The notes under the pieces are model-generated. The model was given only the letters and a program-made list of their open reading frames with translations, was not told the origin of the DNA and did not search any database. The translations under genes and the position numbers were made by a program. From Phocaeicola plebeius (GTDB lineage Bacteria > Bacteroidota > Bacteroidia > Bacteroidales > Bacteroidaceae), in the NCBI GenBank assembly GCA_022767125.1, contig JALEPZ010000034.1:16840-80839 (forward strand): a DNA stretch of 64,000 nt. The letters run 5' to 3'. The stretch's first letter is position 1. Every line of letters begins with the position of its first letter. Of the stretch, positions 38,636 through 48,836 are shown one piece after another.

Positions 38636-40136
38636 GATTGTTGGTCTTCAGTATTTCGTACAGCAAAGGCAAGTTCACGTACTTCCGCACGTGATCGGCC
38701 AATTTGTCGTACTGTTGTTCCTTAAATTGGTGGTAATCGAAGCAGGATGCCGCTGCCGACAGTTTCGCTCGATGCGGCTCCAGCAGGAAGTCCACGAAGG
38801 CAGGATTGTCCAGGATGCCGTGGATATAAGTCCCCATGCAACCCGTTCCGGCCCAGCAGCCTTCGTCGGTGCCGTCAGCCAACCTGTTCAGCGGCAGCGC
38901 CTGTACGCCCGGCCGACGCTCCGTTTTCCCCATGTGGATTTCATACCCCTCCATCATGGTCTCATCACGTCCATGCAGCGTGAAACGGACTTGCCGCGTC
39001 ACCTTGTCACCTTGCATCTCGGTCGCCACCGGCAGCAAGCCCAGACCAGGCAGGCTCTCCTGCTCCCCTTCCAAGTGATTCGGATCGCTCACCCATTCCC
39101 CCATCAGCTGATAGCCGCCACAGATGCCCATCACAGTCGCCCCCTTCCGGCGGGCGCGGACAATGGCCTGGGCCACCCCGTTGCGACGAATGTCGTGCAA
39201 ATCGTCAAGGGTACTCTTCGTTCCCGGTAGCAGGATGATGTCTGCCTGTGCCAGCTCGTCCACATTGTTAGTATAGAACAAGTGAAGCCGCTCGTCGCGT
39301 TCCAGCACATTGAAGTCGGTGAAGTTGCTCATATGGCGCAGCAACACCACGGCCACGTTCACCTTCCCCTGTTCGGCCCGATACGCTTTGGCCGCCAGGG
39401 CCACCGAATCCTCCTCCTCAATGTGGATATCCTTGAAATACGGAATGACCCCCAGTACAGGAATTCCGCACAGTTCTTCCAGCTGCTTCACCCCCGACTC
39501 GAAAAGACGAAGGTCGCCGCGGAATTTGTTAATGAGGATGCCTTTCACCCGTTTCCGCTCCTCAGGACGTAGCAGGAGAAGCGACCCGTAGACACTGGCA
39601 AAGACTCCTCCCCGGTCGATGTCCCCCACCAGCAGCACATCGGCTCCGGCATGCATCGCCATGGGCAAGTTCACCAAGTCAGTGTCGCGAAGATTGATTT
39701 CTGCCAGGCTCCCTGCCCCCTCCAGTACGATGGGATGATAGCGGGCCGCCAGCCGGTCGTAGGCCGCACAGACCGCCTGCCACAACTCTTCCCGACCTTC
39801 GCGACGGAAATAGTCATACGCACTCCGGTTTCCGATGGGACGTCCGTTCAATACCACCTGGGACGTATGGTCGCTCTGTGGTTTCAGCAACAAGGGGTTC
39901 ATGTCCGTGTGACAAGGAATGCCGGCCGCTTCGGCCTGCACAGCCTGTGCCCTACCGATTTCCAGTCCCTCGGGCGTGGCAAACGAATTCAAGGCCATGT
40001 TCTGGGCCTTGAAAGGGGCAGGATGGTAGCCATCTTGCCGGAAGATGCGACAGAAGGCAGCGGCCAGCACACTCTTGCCCACGTCGCTGCCCGTCCCCGC
40101 CAGCATCAGCGGATGGAGTTGTCTGTTCTTGTTCAT
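38628..40136 (-). CDS. cobQ: Cobyric acid synthase (CobQ/CbiP)
   Basis: GTGSDVGKS, PFKAQNM, LEGAGS, GICGGYQ, GTYIHG. True start MNKNRQ at 40136. Confidence 0.96.
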   Translation of the reverse strand: MNKNRQLHPLMLAGTGSDVGKSVLAAAFCRIFRQDGYHPAPFKAQNMALNSFATPEGLEIGRAQAVQAEAAGIPCHTDMNPLLLKPQSDHTSQVVLNGRPIGNRSAYDYFRREGREELWQAVCAAYDRLAARYHPIVLEGAGSLAEINLRDTDLVNLPMAMHAGADVLLVGDIDRGGVFASVYGSLLLLRPEERKRVKGILINKFRGDLRLFESGVKQLEELCGIPVLGVIPYFKDIHIEEEDSVALAAKAYRAEQGKVNVAVVLLRHMSNFTDFNVLERDERLHLFYTNNVDELAQADIILLPGTKSTLDDLHDIRRNGVAQAIVRARRKGATVMGICGGYQLMGEWVSDPNHLEGEQESLPGLGLLPVATEMQGDKVTRQVRFTLHGRDETMMEGYEIHMGKTERRPGVQALPLNRLADGTDEGCWAGTGCMGTYIHGILDNPAFVDFLLEPHRAKLSAAASCFDYHQFKEQQYDKLADHVRKYVNLPLLYEILKTNNHD

Positions 40137-40702
40137 AGATTTCGTCGATAGGAAAAAGACTGCCAACGCTCCTCCTGCCGGTCGGCCTGCCACAGCGCGT
40201 GACGGGCCAAGACGAAAAAGAGGTCGGACAGCCGGTTCAAATAGCGTAACACGAGTTCGGGAACAGGATCTTGCCGGTGGAGGGTCCAGAGCCGCCGTTC
40301 GGCCCGACGGGCCACAGTACGGGCCATGTGCAGGTGAGCCGCCATGGGTGTTCCTCCGGGCAGCAGGAAATGGGCCGACTCGCCCATCTCGGCAGTCAGT
40401 CTGTCCATTGTAACTTCGCAGTCCTCTACCCACCCCTCCTCCAGCCGGTTGGGATGGCCGTTGCGCAAGGAAGAAGGAGTGGCCACCTGGCTCATCACGG
40501 CCATCAGCCGCAGCTGCACCTCACGCAACAGCGACTGCCAGTCATGGCTGTCGGGCAGCAGGGAGCGGACCACGCCCACCACCGCATTCAGCTCGTCCAG
40601 ACAGCCGTTCGCTTCGATGCGGATGTCATCCTTCGGCACCCGCCCGCCCCCGGCCACACGGGTCATCCCCCGGTCGCCGCTTCGTGTATAAATTCGTTTC
40701 AT
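40133..40702 (-). CDS. PduO-type ATP:corrinoid adenosyltransferase
   Basis: IYTRSGDRG, DELN, ARTVARRAER, LNRLSDLFF. ATG at 40702. Confidence 0.95.
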   Translation of the reverse strand: MKRIYTRSGDRGMTRVAGGGRVPKDDIRIEANGCLDELNAVVGVVRSLLPDSHDWQSLLREVQLRLMAVMSQVATPSSLRNGHPNRLEEGWVEDCEVTMDRLTAEMGESAHFLLPGGTPMAAHLHMARTVARRAERRLWTLHRQDPVPELVLRYLNRLSDLFFVLARHALWQADRQEERWQSFSYRRNL

Positions 40703-40724
40703 ATAAACTTTCTGCTTAACTGGC

Positions 40725-40756
40725 TGCAAAATTAAAAATAATATCCTAATTTTGCA
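40725..40756. promoter_or_regulatory. Back-to-back divergent -7 promoter boxes
   Basis: TGCAAAATTA (40725-40734) and TAATTTTGCA (40747-40756) form a perfect 10-bp inverted repeat; each arm contains TAATTTTG, matching TAnnTTTG. Confidence 0.7.
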
Positions 40757-40813
40757 CTGACTTGGGTGAATGAATCCCCACATTAATCGACTACTAACAG
40801 AATATTCTGCATT

Positions 40814-42226
40814 ATGGACAATCCAAGGTTGGTCGTGGCCGGCATAGGGCCGGGCAGCGCAAACGACATCACGCCGGCTGTAATCCAGGCGGTACAGAAC
40901 AGCGAGGTAATCATCGGTTACCACTATTATTTCCAGTTCATCGAACCCTTCCTGCAGCCTGGCACCCGCTGCATCGACACGGGCATGCGGCGCGAGCGCG
41001 ACCGAGCCCGACAGGCTTTCGAACTGGCCGAACAGGGACAGCGGGTCTGTATCATCAGTTCGGGTGATGCCGGCATCTACGGCATGGCACCGCTGATATT
41101 CGAGATGAAACGGGAGCGCAACAGTCCAGTGGAGATTGAGGTATTACCCGGCATCAGTGCCTTCCAGAAGGCAGCCGCCCTTCTCGGCGCTCCGTTGGGA
41201 CACGACTGCTGCCTGATATCCCTCTCTGACCTACTCACGCCCTGGGGCACCATCGAGAAACGCATCCGGGCCGCTGCCTCGGCCGACTTCGTCACGGCGG
41301 TCTACAATCCCAAGAGTGAAGGGCGCTACTGGCAGCTCTACCGGCTGAAGGAGCTGTTCCTGGAGGAACGCGACCCGAAGACACCGGTGGGCTATGTGAA
41401 ACAGGCAGGACGACCTGACGAACAGACCGTGGTGACCACTCTGGCCGACTTCGACCCCGAACAGGTGGATATGTTCACCATCGTCCTCATCGGCAATTCC
41501 CAGTCGTATGCACCCGGCGGCCCGGTCATCGTGACCCCACGCGGCTACTACTCGGCACCAGAAGCCGAATCCGGCACCGGTATCGGGCAGGGAATCATGA
41601 TGAACAGCTTCCGCACCATCGAGCAGGAGCTGCATCACCCTGACTTACCCCTTGGAAAGAAATGGGCCTTACTCCATGCCATCCATACCACTGCCGACTT
41701 CGAGATGGAACGCTGGCTACACGTTGACGACGGTGCCGTAGAAACCCTCTACCGTGCCTGTGCCGAAGGCCGCATCCGCCACATCATCACCGATGTAACC
41801 ATGGCTGCAGCCGGCATCCGCAAGGGGGCCCTCCAACGATTGGGCATCCATGCGGAATGCTACCTGGGCGACGAACGGGTGGCACAACTGGCCTGCGACA
41901 AACACATTACCCGCACCCAGGCCGGTATCCGCCTGGCAGTAGAAGAACATCCCGAGGCCCTCTATGTATTCGGCAACGCCCCCACCGCCCTGATGGAACT
42001 CTGCGACCTGATACGCAAGGGCAAGGCTCATCCTGCCGGCATCATTGCCGCCCCAGTAGGGTTCGTCCATGTCTGCGAGAGCAAGCATCAAGTGAAACCA
42101 TTCACCCACATTCCCAAACTGATTGTCGAAGGGCGGAAAGGCGGCAGCAACCTGGCTGCCACACTGGTCAATGCCATCCTCTGCTTCGATGATGCAGCAA
42201 CACTCAAACCTGGACGCGATGTGTAA
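40814..42226 (+). CDS. cbiH: CbiH (C17-methyltransferase)-CbiC (methylmutase) fusion
   Basis: GIGPG, ISSGDAGIYGM, ISLSDLLTPW; C-half IHTTADF, FGNAPTAL, GRKGGS. Confidence 0.94.
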   Translation: MDNPRLVVAGIGPGSANDITPAVIQAVQNSEVIIGYHYYFQFIEPFLQPGTRCIDTGMRRERDRARQAFELAEQGQRVCIISSGDAGIYGMAPLIFEMKRERNSPVEIEVLPGISAFQKAAALLGAPLGHDCCLISLSDLLTPWGTIEKRIRAAASADFVTAVYNPKSEGRYWQLYRLKELFLEERDPKTPVGYVKQAGRPDEQTVVTTLADFDPEQVDMFTIVLIGNSQSYAPGGPVIVTPRGYYSAPEAESGTGIGQGIMMNSFRTIEQELHHPDLPLGKKWALLHAIHTTADFEMERWLHVDDGAVETLYRACAEGRIRHIITDVTMAAAGIRKGALQRLGIHAECYLGDERVAQLACDKHITRTQAGIRLAVEEHPEALYVFGNAPTALMELCDLIRKGKAHPAGIIAAPVGFVHVCESKHQVKPFTHIPKLIVEGRKGGSNLAATLVNAILCFDDAATLKPGRDV

Positions 42227-43406
42227 GCAGACCTTTTATGTCATCGGAATGACCGACGGCCAGGAAACGTCGTTCCCGGATGAAGTCCGCGAACGGCTGG
42301 CGCAAGGGAAGGTTTTCTCAGGCGGTAAGCGCCACCGCGAGATCGTAAGTCCGCTGCTACCGGAAGGGGTCTCATGGATTGACATTACCGTGCCCCTCGA
42401 CAGCGTGTTCGCCCAATATGAAGGTCATCCCGAGATTGTGGTCTTCGCTTCGGGTGACCCCCTGTTCTATGGATTCGCCGCTACCCTCCAGCGGCGGATG
42501 CCCGAAGCACGGCTGGTGGTCTACCCTACCTTCCATTCGCTACAGCTTCTGGCCCACCGCCTCCTGCTGCCGTATCAAGACTTACATCCAGTGTCACTGA
42601 CCGGCCGTCCCTGGAACGAGCTGGACGAAGCCCTCATTAGCGGCGAACGCCTCATCGGAGTGTTGACCGACCGCCGCAAGACCCCGGCAGCCATTGCCCG
42701 GCGACTGCTCGACTATGGCTACGACAACTACCGGATGCTTCTCGGCGAACGGCTGGGCCATGCCGCCAAAGAACGGGTGCGCAAACTGCAACTTTCTGAA
42801 GCGGCAACGGCAGAGACCGATTTTCCCAACTGTCTCCTGCTGGAGCGAACGGCCCTCCGACCCCGCCCTTTCGGACTGCCCGAAAGCGAGTTCCACCTGC
42901 TGGACGGACGGGTAAACATGATTACCAAGATGCCTATCCGCCTGTTGACCCTCAGCCAGCTGGACCTGCGCCACCGGCACACGTTCTGGGACATCGGCTT
43001 CTGCACCGGCTCAGTATCCATCGAAGCCAAATTGCAGTTCCCCCACCTGCAGATCGTGGCATTTGAGCAGCGCGAGGAAGGACGGGAACTGATAGAGCAG
43101 AATGCCCGGAAATTCGGGACACCGGGCATCCAAGCCCTCATCGGTGACTTTCTGGAGGCCAACCTCTCTGAGTTGCCCCGTCCCGAAGCTGTCTTCATCG
43201 GCGGCCACGGGGGACGGCTGGCTGACCTCCTCCGACGGGTGGACGAAGCCCTGCTGCCAGGCGGGGTCATCGTTTTCAATTCCGTCAGTGCCGACAGCCT
43301 CCGTCTGTTCGAGGAAAGCCTGGTTCCCCTCCACCGCCGCGTCACCCGCCGACTGGCTGTGACCGTCGATTCGTTTAACCCTATAACCATTCTTAAAGCT
43401 GAATGA
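42219..43406 (+). CDS. cbiE: CbiE-CbiT fusion
   Basis: FASGDPLFYG; TKMPIR, WDIGFCTGSVSIE, FIGGHGG. ATG at 42219. Confidence 0.93.
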   Translation: MCKQTFYVIGMTDGQETSFPDEVRERLAQGKVFSGGKRHREIVSPLLPEGVSWIDITVPLDSVFAQYEGHPEIVVFASGDPLFYGFAATLQRRMPEARLVVYPTFHSLQLLAHRLLLPYQDLHPVSLTGRPWNELDEALISGERLIGVLTDRRKTPAAIARRLLDYGYDNYRMLLGERLGHAAKERVRKLQLSEAATAETDFPNCLLLERTALRPRPFGLPESEFHLLDGRVNMITKMPIRLLTLSQLDLRHRHTFWDIGFCTGSVSIEAKLQFPHLQIVAFEQREEGRELIEQNARKFGTPGIQALIGDFLEANLSELPRPEAVFIGGHGGRLADLLRRVDEALLPGGVIVFNSVSADSLRLFEESLVPLHRRVTRRLAVTVDSFNPITILKAE

Positions 43407-45223
43407 TTGCTATCCTGTTGATTTCTGAATCGGCCCTTCCCCTGGCCGAAACCTTACGGCGTGAGCTGGCCGACACGGTCTTCTATTCCCACAAGGAATT
43501 GCCGGGCTGCACCGCCGTCCCTTCATTCTCCCGTTGGCTCTCCGACCATGTCCAGGAGTATTCTGCCATTGTCTTCATCGGTGCCTTGGGCATCTGTGTG
43601 CGGACCATCATCCCTTGCCTGCACAACAAGTACACCGATCCGGCCGTGGTCTGTGTGGACACCACCGGACGCTACGCCATCCCGGTTCTTTCGGGTCATA
43701 TCGGCGGAGCCAACGAACTGAGCCGCCGCATTGCCGCCCTGTTTGGCGGGGAAGCTGTCGTGACCACCCAAAGCGACAACATGGGACTATGGGCCCTCGA
43801 TACCCTGGCCCGACAGTATGGCTGGCAGACCGATGCCACCCGGGCCCACATGAACCGCTGCATTTTCCTCTTTGTCGGCCAACGGCCCACAGCCCTGCTG
43901 CTGGAAGTGCGCGACCGGGGAACAGCGGAGCTTGAAAGAAACCTGCCGGCTCATGTCCGGGTGTTTTACCGCCTTGCGGACATCCCACAGGATGAATTCG
44001 AACTGCTGATTGCCGTCACCCCCTTCCTACCTGTTCCAGGCGAAGTACATCTGCCGGTCCTCTACTATTACCCCCCAGTGCTCCACCTCGGCATGGGCTG
44101 CAAGAAGCAGTGCCGCCCCGACGGAGTGGCCGACTACATCTCTGGGCAGCTGAAGGACCACCGGCTCGCTCCGCAGTCTGTCGCTTCCATCAGCACCATC
44201 ACCCTGAAACAGAACGAGCCGCTTCTCCATGCCCTTCACGATACCTGGCCCCAATCGCGCCTTCATGTCTATCCCGCGGAAGAATTGGCCGATATCGAGG
44301 TGCCCCATCCTTCAGAACAAGCCTTCCGGGTGACGGGACTCTACGGCGTGGCCGAAGCAGCTGCTCTGAAGAGCGGAAAGGAAGGTCCGCTACTCATCGA
44401 CAAACAGAAAGGCTGCCTATACGAGGGACATTACTTCACTTTCGCTGTCTGCCTCGACCGCCCTGCATCGCGCTGCGGACACATCGAGATTGTGGGAGCC
44501 GGACCCGGTGACCCCGAACTGATATCGATACGAGGCCGCCGTTTCCTCGAACAGGCCGACCTTATTCTCTATGCCGGCAGCTTGGTACCCGTCGAACTGA
44601 CTGCCTGTGCCAAGAACGGAGCCACGGTGCGTAGTTCCGCCTCCCTCACCCTGGAAGAGCAGTTCGAACTGATGAAGTCGTTCTACGACCAGGGCCTTCT
44701 GGTGGTGCGCCTCCACACGGGTGACCCCTGTATCTACGGGGCCATTCAGGAGCAGATGGCCTTCTTCGACCGCCACCACATGAGTTACCACATCACCCCC
44801 GGCATTTCCTCGTTCCAAGCTGCTGCTGCTGCTCTCCGCTCGCAGTTCACCATTCCCGAAAAGGTACAGACCATCATCCTGACCCGCGGCGAGGGTCGGA
44901 CCCCCATGCCGGAAAAAGAACAGCTCCACCTGCTGGCCCGCTCGCAAAGTACCCTGTGCATCTACCTGAGTGCCGGCATCGTGGAAAAGGTGCAGGAAGA
45001 ACTGCTGCAAGCCTATCCGCCCGAGACACCGGTGGCCGCCTGCTACAAGCTGACCTGGAAAGAGGAACGCATCTACCGAGGACAGCTGAAGGACCTGGCT
45101 CGCCTTGTTCGCGACAACAAACTGACTCTGACCACTTTGCTTGTAGTGGGCGAAGCCATCGATAACCGCCGAGGACTATCACGGCTCTATGCCCACGATT
45201 TCCATCACTTGTACCGGCCATGA
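43403..45223 (+). CDS. cbiG: CbiG-CbiF fusion
   Basis: K..DPAVV, LSGHIGGAN, GVAEAAAL; C-half GAGPGDPELI, RLHTGDP. Confidence 0.93.
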   Translation: MIAILLISESALPLAETLRRELADTVFYSHKELPGCTAVPSFSRWLSDHVQEYSAIVFIGALGICVRTIIPCLHNKYTDPAVVCVDTTGRYAIPVLSGHIGGANELSRRIAALFGGEAVVTTQSDNMGLWALDTLARQYGWQTDATRAHMNRCIFLFVGQRPTALLLEVRDRGTAELERNLPAHVRVFYRLADIPQDEFELLIAVTPFLPVPGEVHLPVLYYYPPVLHLGMGCKKQCRPDGVADYISGQLKDHRLAPQSVASISTITLKQNEPLLHALHDTWPQSRLHVYPAEELADIEVPHPSEQAFRVTGLYGVAEAAALKSGKEGPLLIDKQKGCLYEGHYFTFAVCLDRPASRCGHIEIVGAGPGDPELISIRGRRFLEQADLILYAGSLVPVELTACAKNGATVRSSASLTLEEQFELMKSFYDQGLLVVRLHTGDPCIYGAIQEQMAFFDRHHMSYHITPGISSFQAAAAALRSQFTIPEKVQTIILTRGEGRTPMPEKEQLHLLARSQSTLCIYLSAGIVEKVQEELLQAYPPETPVAACYKLTWKEERIYRGQLKDLARLVRDNKLTLTTLLVVGEAIDNRRGLSRLYAHDFHHLYRP

Positions 45224-47007
45224 TACTTATATTAGGAGGAACCACCGAAGGACGGCTGGCAGTGAGGGTGGCCGATGAAGCCGGTTCGCCCTATTTCTAC
45301 TCAACGAAAGGACACGAACAACAGGTGACCTGCCGGAACGGGACGCACCTGACAGGCGGCATGGACGGGGCGGCCCTGACGGAATGCTGCCGCACCCACG
45401 GCATCCGGCTGCTAGTGGACGCAGCCCATCCCTTTGCCACCGAGCTTCACCGCCATGTGGCCGAAGCAGCCCGGCAACTGCACCTGCCCGTCGTACGCAT
45501 CGAACGGCAGTACCCATCCCGTTCGTCGGACATCGTGTGGTGTGACGACTACGACGATGCCCTGCACCGTCTGGAACAAGACGGTATCAGCCGCTTACTT
45601 GCCCTTACCGGTGTACAGACCATCGGCCGCCTGCGCCCGTACTGGCAACACCACACCTGCTGGTTCCGCATCCTGCCCCGTCCCTCTTCGATGGCACTGG
45701 CGCAGGAACAGGGATTCGACAAATGCAATCTGGTATTCTATCAGGTTAACGACGAAGAGCGGTTGGTGCAGCAGCTGTCGCCCGATGCCCTTCTGACCAA
45801 AGAGAGCGGCGAATCGGGCGGATTTGCGGCAAAGGTAACCGCAGCCCGTGCCGCCGGCATCCCCATCTATGCCGTAAAACGCCCTCCCCTGCCCGACGGC
45901 TTCCACCTCGTCACGGGTGAACATGGGTTGCGCAAGGCCATTGAACAGGCTGTTCCGGGATTCTTTCCCCTACGCAGCGGCTTCACCACAGGAGCCTGTG
46001 CCACGGCGGCCACCAAGGCGGCCCTGCTGGCTTTGCTGGGGCAGACGGTCGGTGAGGAAGTCACCATCACCCTGCCCGACGGCGAACACATTGCCCTCCC
46101 CCTCCACGAAGTGACACGGGCGGACGATGCCGCCACTGCCGCTGTCCGGAAGGACGCAGGCGATGACCCCGACATAACAAACGGACGGCTGATTCTTTCC
46201 ACTGTCCGCTTCTCCTCCTGTCCGGGCATCCGGTTCCTGCAAGGCGAAGGCGTAGGCCGTGTCACCCTTCCCGGCCTGGGCTTGCCTGTCGGCGAACCGG
46301 CCATCAACCCTACGCCCCGACGGATGATGGAACAGGAAGTCACTGCCCTCTATCAAGGCGGGGTAGACATCACCCTCTCCATACCCGGCGGACGGGAACT
46401 GGCCTTGCGCACATTCAATCCCAAATTAGGGGTCACAGACGGACTTTCCATTATCGGTACATCGGGCATTGTCCATCCGTTCTCATCGGAAGCCTTTGTC
46501 GAGACCATCCGCCGCGAAATCGAGGTTTTCCGAGCCGTAGGCGGTGAACGGCTCGTCATCAATTCGGGAGCACGGAGCGAACGTTTCCTCCGAGACCACT
46601 ACCCCGACCTGCCGCCACAGGCTTTTGTCCACTATGGCAACTACGTCGGTGCGACGCTTCGTGCAGCAGCAGACCTAGAAGTCGGCCGGCTCACCCTGGG
46701 CATCATGATTGGCAAGGCAGTGAAACTGGCAGAAGGCCAGCTCGATACCCACAGCCGGGAACATCTCATGAACAAGGTCTTCCTGCAACAGCTGGCCGCC
46801 GACGCCAGCTGCAGCGAAGCAGCCCATACTGTTATCGAAGAACTGACCCTGGCCCGCGAGCTGTGGACCCGACTGTCGGTCGCCGACCTCGACCGGTTCC
46901 TGACAGCCCTACTGGCCGCCTGCCGCCGCTGGTGCCGCACGGTCTATCCCAAGGGCGAACTGACCCTCCTGCTGATGGACGAGGAGGGACAAATCAGATG
47001 CGGTTGA
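45220..47007 (+). CDS. cbiD: CbiJ-CbiD fusion
   Basis: LILGGTTEG, VDAAHPFA, TKESGESGG; C-half GFTTGACA, KDAGDDPD, GLSIIGTSG. Confidence 0.93.
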   Translation: MILILGGTTEGRLAVRVADEAGSPYFYSTKGHEQQVTCRNGTHLTGGMDGAALTECCRTHGIRLLVDAAHPFATELHRHVAEAARQLHLPVVRIERQYPSRSSDIVWCDDYDDALHRLEQDGISRLLALTGVQTIGRLRPYWQHHTCWFRILPRPSSMALAQEQGFDKCNLVFYQVNDEERLVQQLSPDALLTKESGESGGFAAKVTAARAAGIPIYAVKRPPLPDGFHLVTGEHGLRKAIEQAVPGFFPLRSGFTTGACATAATKAALLALLGQTVGEEVTITLPDGEHIALPLHEVTRADDAATAAVRKDAGDDPDITNGRLILSTVRFSSCPGIRFLQGEGVGRVTLPGLGLPVGEPAINPTPRRMMEQEVTALYQGGVDITLSIPGGRELALRTFNPKLGVTDGLSIIGTSGIVHPFSSEAFVETIRREIEVFRAVGGERLVINSGARSERFLRDHYPDLPPQAFVHYGNYVGATLRAAADLEVGRLTLGIMIGKAVKLAEGQLDTHSREHLMNKVFLQQLAADASCSEAAHTVIEELTLARELWTRLSVADLDRFLTALLAACRRWCRTVYPKGELTLLLMDEEGQIRCG

Positions 47008-48169
47008 TTCTCCGGCGGATAATCCAGCAGTTCATCCCCGTGACAAAGAAGCTGAGCACAGTGCCCAACACGACGGCCAGCCAAGGCATTCCCCCTTGCA
47101 AGTCGGGGAACATCTGTCCGATGGCAAACAGGTAATAGTCGCGCACCACCACTACGACTCCTAACGACAACACCAGCACCACCGCATTGAGCAGAATGGT
47201 CAGACACTGATAGGGGAAGGACACCCGTGCCGGACTATATCCCATCAGCAGCAAATTTTCCAGTTTCGTGGTGTTCTTCTGGAGCAATAAATAGATACTG
47301 AGCATGAGAATGTAGAACGAAAGCAGGCTGATAAGCAATCCCACGGAGAGAACAATACCCACGATGAGTTTGAGAAACCAGGTTGTCTTTCCGGCATCCA
47401 ACTTATCGCCTTCCGTATCGTAGCCCTTCTGTCGGAAATACCGGGCGATGCGGTCGTCTGTGGGATTGTTTACCTCGACGATGAGACGCGAAGGACGAAC
47501 CTCCTCCCCGCTTCCGTAGGTAGCATTGGCCCATTGCAAGAAAGCTTCGGGTACCAGCAAGGTGTTGAGCCGGTTCGAGAATCCAACGATGTGCCCCTTC
47601 ATCCGTCCGGCCTGTCCGTTTCCGCGAAGCAGGACATCGAGGTTCATCATGCCCATGACTCCTTCGGACACCTGCGGCAGGTGACGGCTTTGGGCAAACC
47701 CGAAGTTATAGAGATTCAAGTAGCTGCGGGGTATGATGATGGGGATTTCCTCCTCACCCGGATGAAACTGCCATTTGTCGAGCCGGATATCCACGAAGCG
47801 GTCGGGAACAGACTCGAAGAACATATCGGTAGCAAGGTTCATGCCCTGGATGCCCAGGCTGGCCGACACCCGGAAGCGGGCGGGCAGGAAGGCCCCCACG
47901 CTCTTGGTGAACGGTTGCTCCCGCAGCTCCTCGCAGTCAGCCTCACTGAACGTACTGCTTTTGCCGACAAAGGTTCCAAGGGTACTGACTTTCTTGCTCA
48001 CAATCAGGAAGTCTTTCTTGATGAAGCTGTCGCCTTGCGTGAAGACCGGCAGCACATCATAGTAGAACTGCATACTCAGCAGCACGATGACCATGCCCAC
48101 CCAGTTGGCGAGAAAAAAACCCGTCAATTGGGGAATGCTGAGATGATGGCGTAACAATTTCCAAACCAT
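46994..48169 (-). CDS. FtsX/MacB-like ABC permease
   Basis: One N-terminal TM, a large periplasmic domain and three C-terminal TM segments. Confidence 0.8.
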   Translation of the reverse strand: MVWKLLRHHLSIPQLTGFFLANWVGMVIVLLSMQFYYDVLPVFTQGDSFIKKDFLIVSKKVSTLGTFVGKSSTFSEADCEELREQPFTKSVGAFLPARFRVSASLGIQGMNLATDMFFESVPDRFVDIRLDKWQFHPGEEEIPIIIPRSYLNLYNFGFAQSRHLPQVSEGVMGMMNLDVLLRGNGQAGRMKGHIVGFSNRLNTLLVPEAFLQWANATYGSGEEVRPSRLIVEVNNPTDDRIARYFRQKGYDTEGDKLDAGKTTWFLKLIVGIVLSVGLLISLLSFYILMLSIYLLLQKNTTKLENLLLMGYSPARVSFPYQCLTILLNAVVLVLSLGVVVVVRDYYLFAIGQMFPDLQGGMPWLAVVLGTVLSFFVTGMNCWIIRRRINRI

Positions 48170-48188
48170 AATTGCTGATACTTATTGT

Positions 48189-48836
48189 TTAGGTATGAAG
48201 CACTTCATCATAGGCCAGGGGCAGGTGGTTTCCGATGGACGTCACCACAATCCCAGCTCCCTGTCGGTCTGCCTCGGCGGTCAGGATACTTGCCATGACC
48301 GCCGCATTTGCACCGTCAAGGTGACTGATCGGCTCGTCGAGAAAGAGAAAATCGAACGGCTGACACAAGGCCCGAATGAAGGCCACACGCTGCTGCTGAC
48401 CGAACGACATCTTGCCGATACACTGGTCCTTCTTGTCGTCAATACTCAACTGAAGGAACCACTCGTCGAGGGTCTTCTTCGACTGAAATCCCCCGGTGAG
48501 GCGGTTTTTCAGCTGCACGTTCTCCCAAGCAGTCAGTTCGGGAAAGAGACGCAGTTCCTGAAAGAGCAGGCTGAGCGAACGGATACGCAGATGGGTCCAC
48601 TGTGCCGTGGAAAATGAGCGGATGTTCTGCCCATCGAAAGAAATGATGCCCTGATAGTCCTTGCGATAGCCGTAGACAAAGCTGCAGAGCGACGACTTGC
48701 CGGTGCCAGACGCCGCCTCTACCAGGTATTTCTTGCCCTTCTCGAAGACGACCCGACAATGCCAGATGCCGGAATCCACAAAGGAACGGTCTGCAAAGAC
48801 CTGCGGCAAGACATATTGAAGTTCAATACGGTTCAT
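48189..48836 (-). CDS. ABC ATP-binding protein with divergent motifs
   Basis: AASGTGKS, LLFQ, MSFGQQQR, FLDEP. ATG at 48836 overlaps the upstream TGA. Confidence 0.88.
   Translation of the reverse strand: MNRIELQYVLPQVFADRSFVDSGIWHCRVVFEKGKKYLVEAASGTGKSSLCSFVYGYRKDYQGIISFDGQNIRSFSTAQWTHLRIRSLSLLFQELRLFPELTAWENVQLKNRLTGGFQSKKTLDEWFLQLSIDDKKDQCIGKMSFGQQQRVAFIRALCQPFDFLFLDEPISHLDGANAAVMASILTAEADRQGAGIVVTSIGNHLPLAYDEVLHT

Noticed and set aside
40137-40433. N-terminal extension of the cobQ ORF (also upstream extensions of the TBDT, lipoprotein, btuF, pduO, cbiE and SSS ORFs)
   Set aside because: These are ORF-caller extensions overlapping upstream genes; better ATGs with translational coupling lie downstream.
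40814-47007. Four two-enzyme cbi fusions as a novelty
   Set aside because: This fusion pattern is typical of Bacteroides cobamide clusters.
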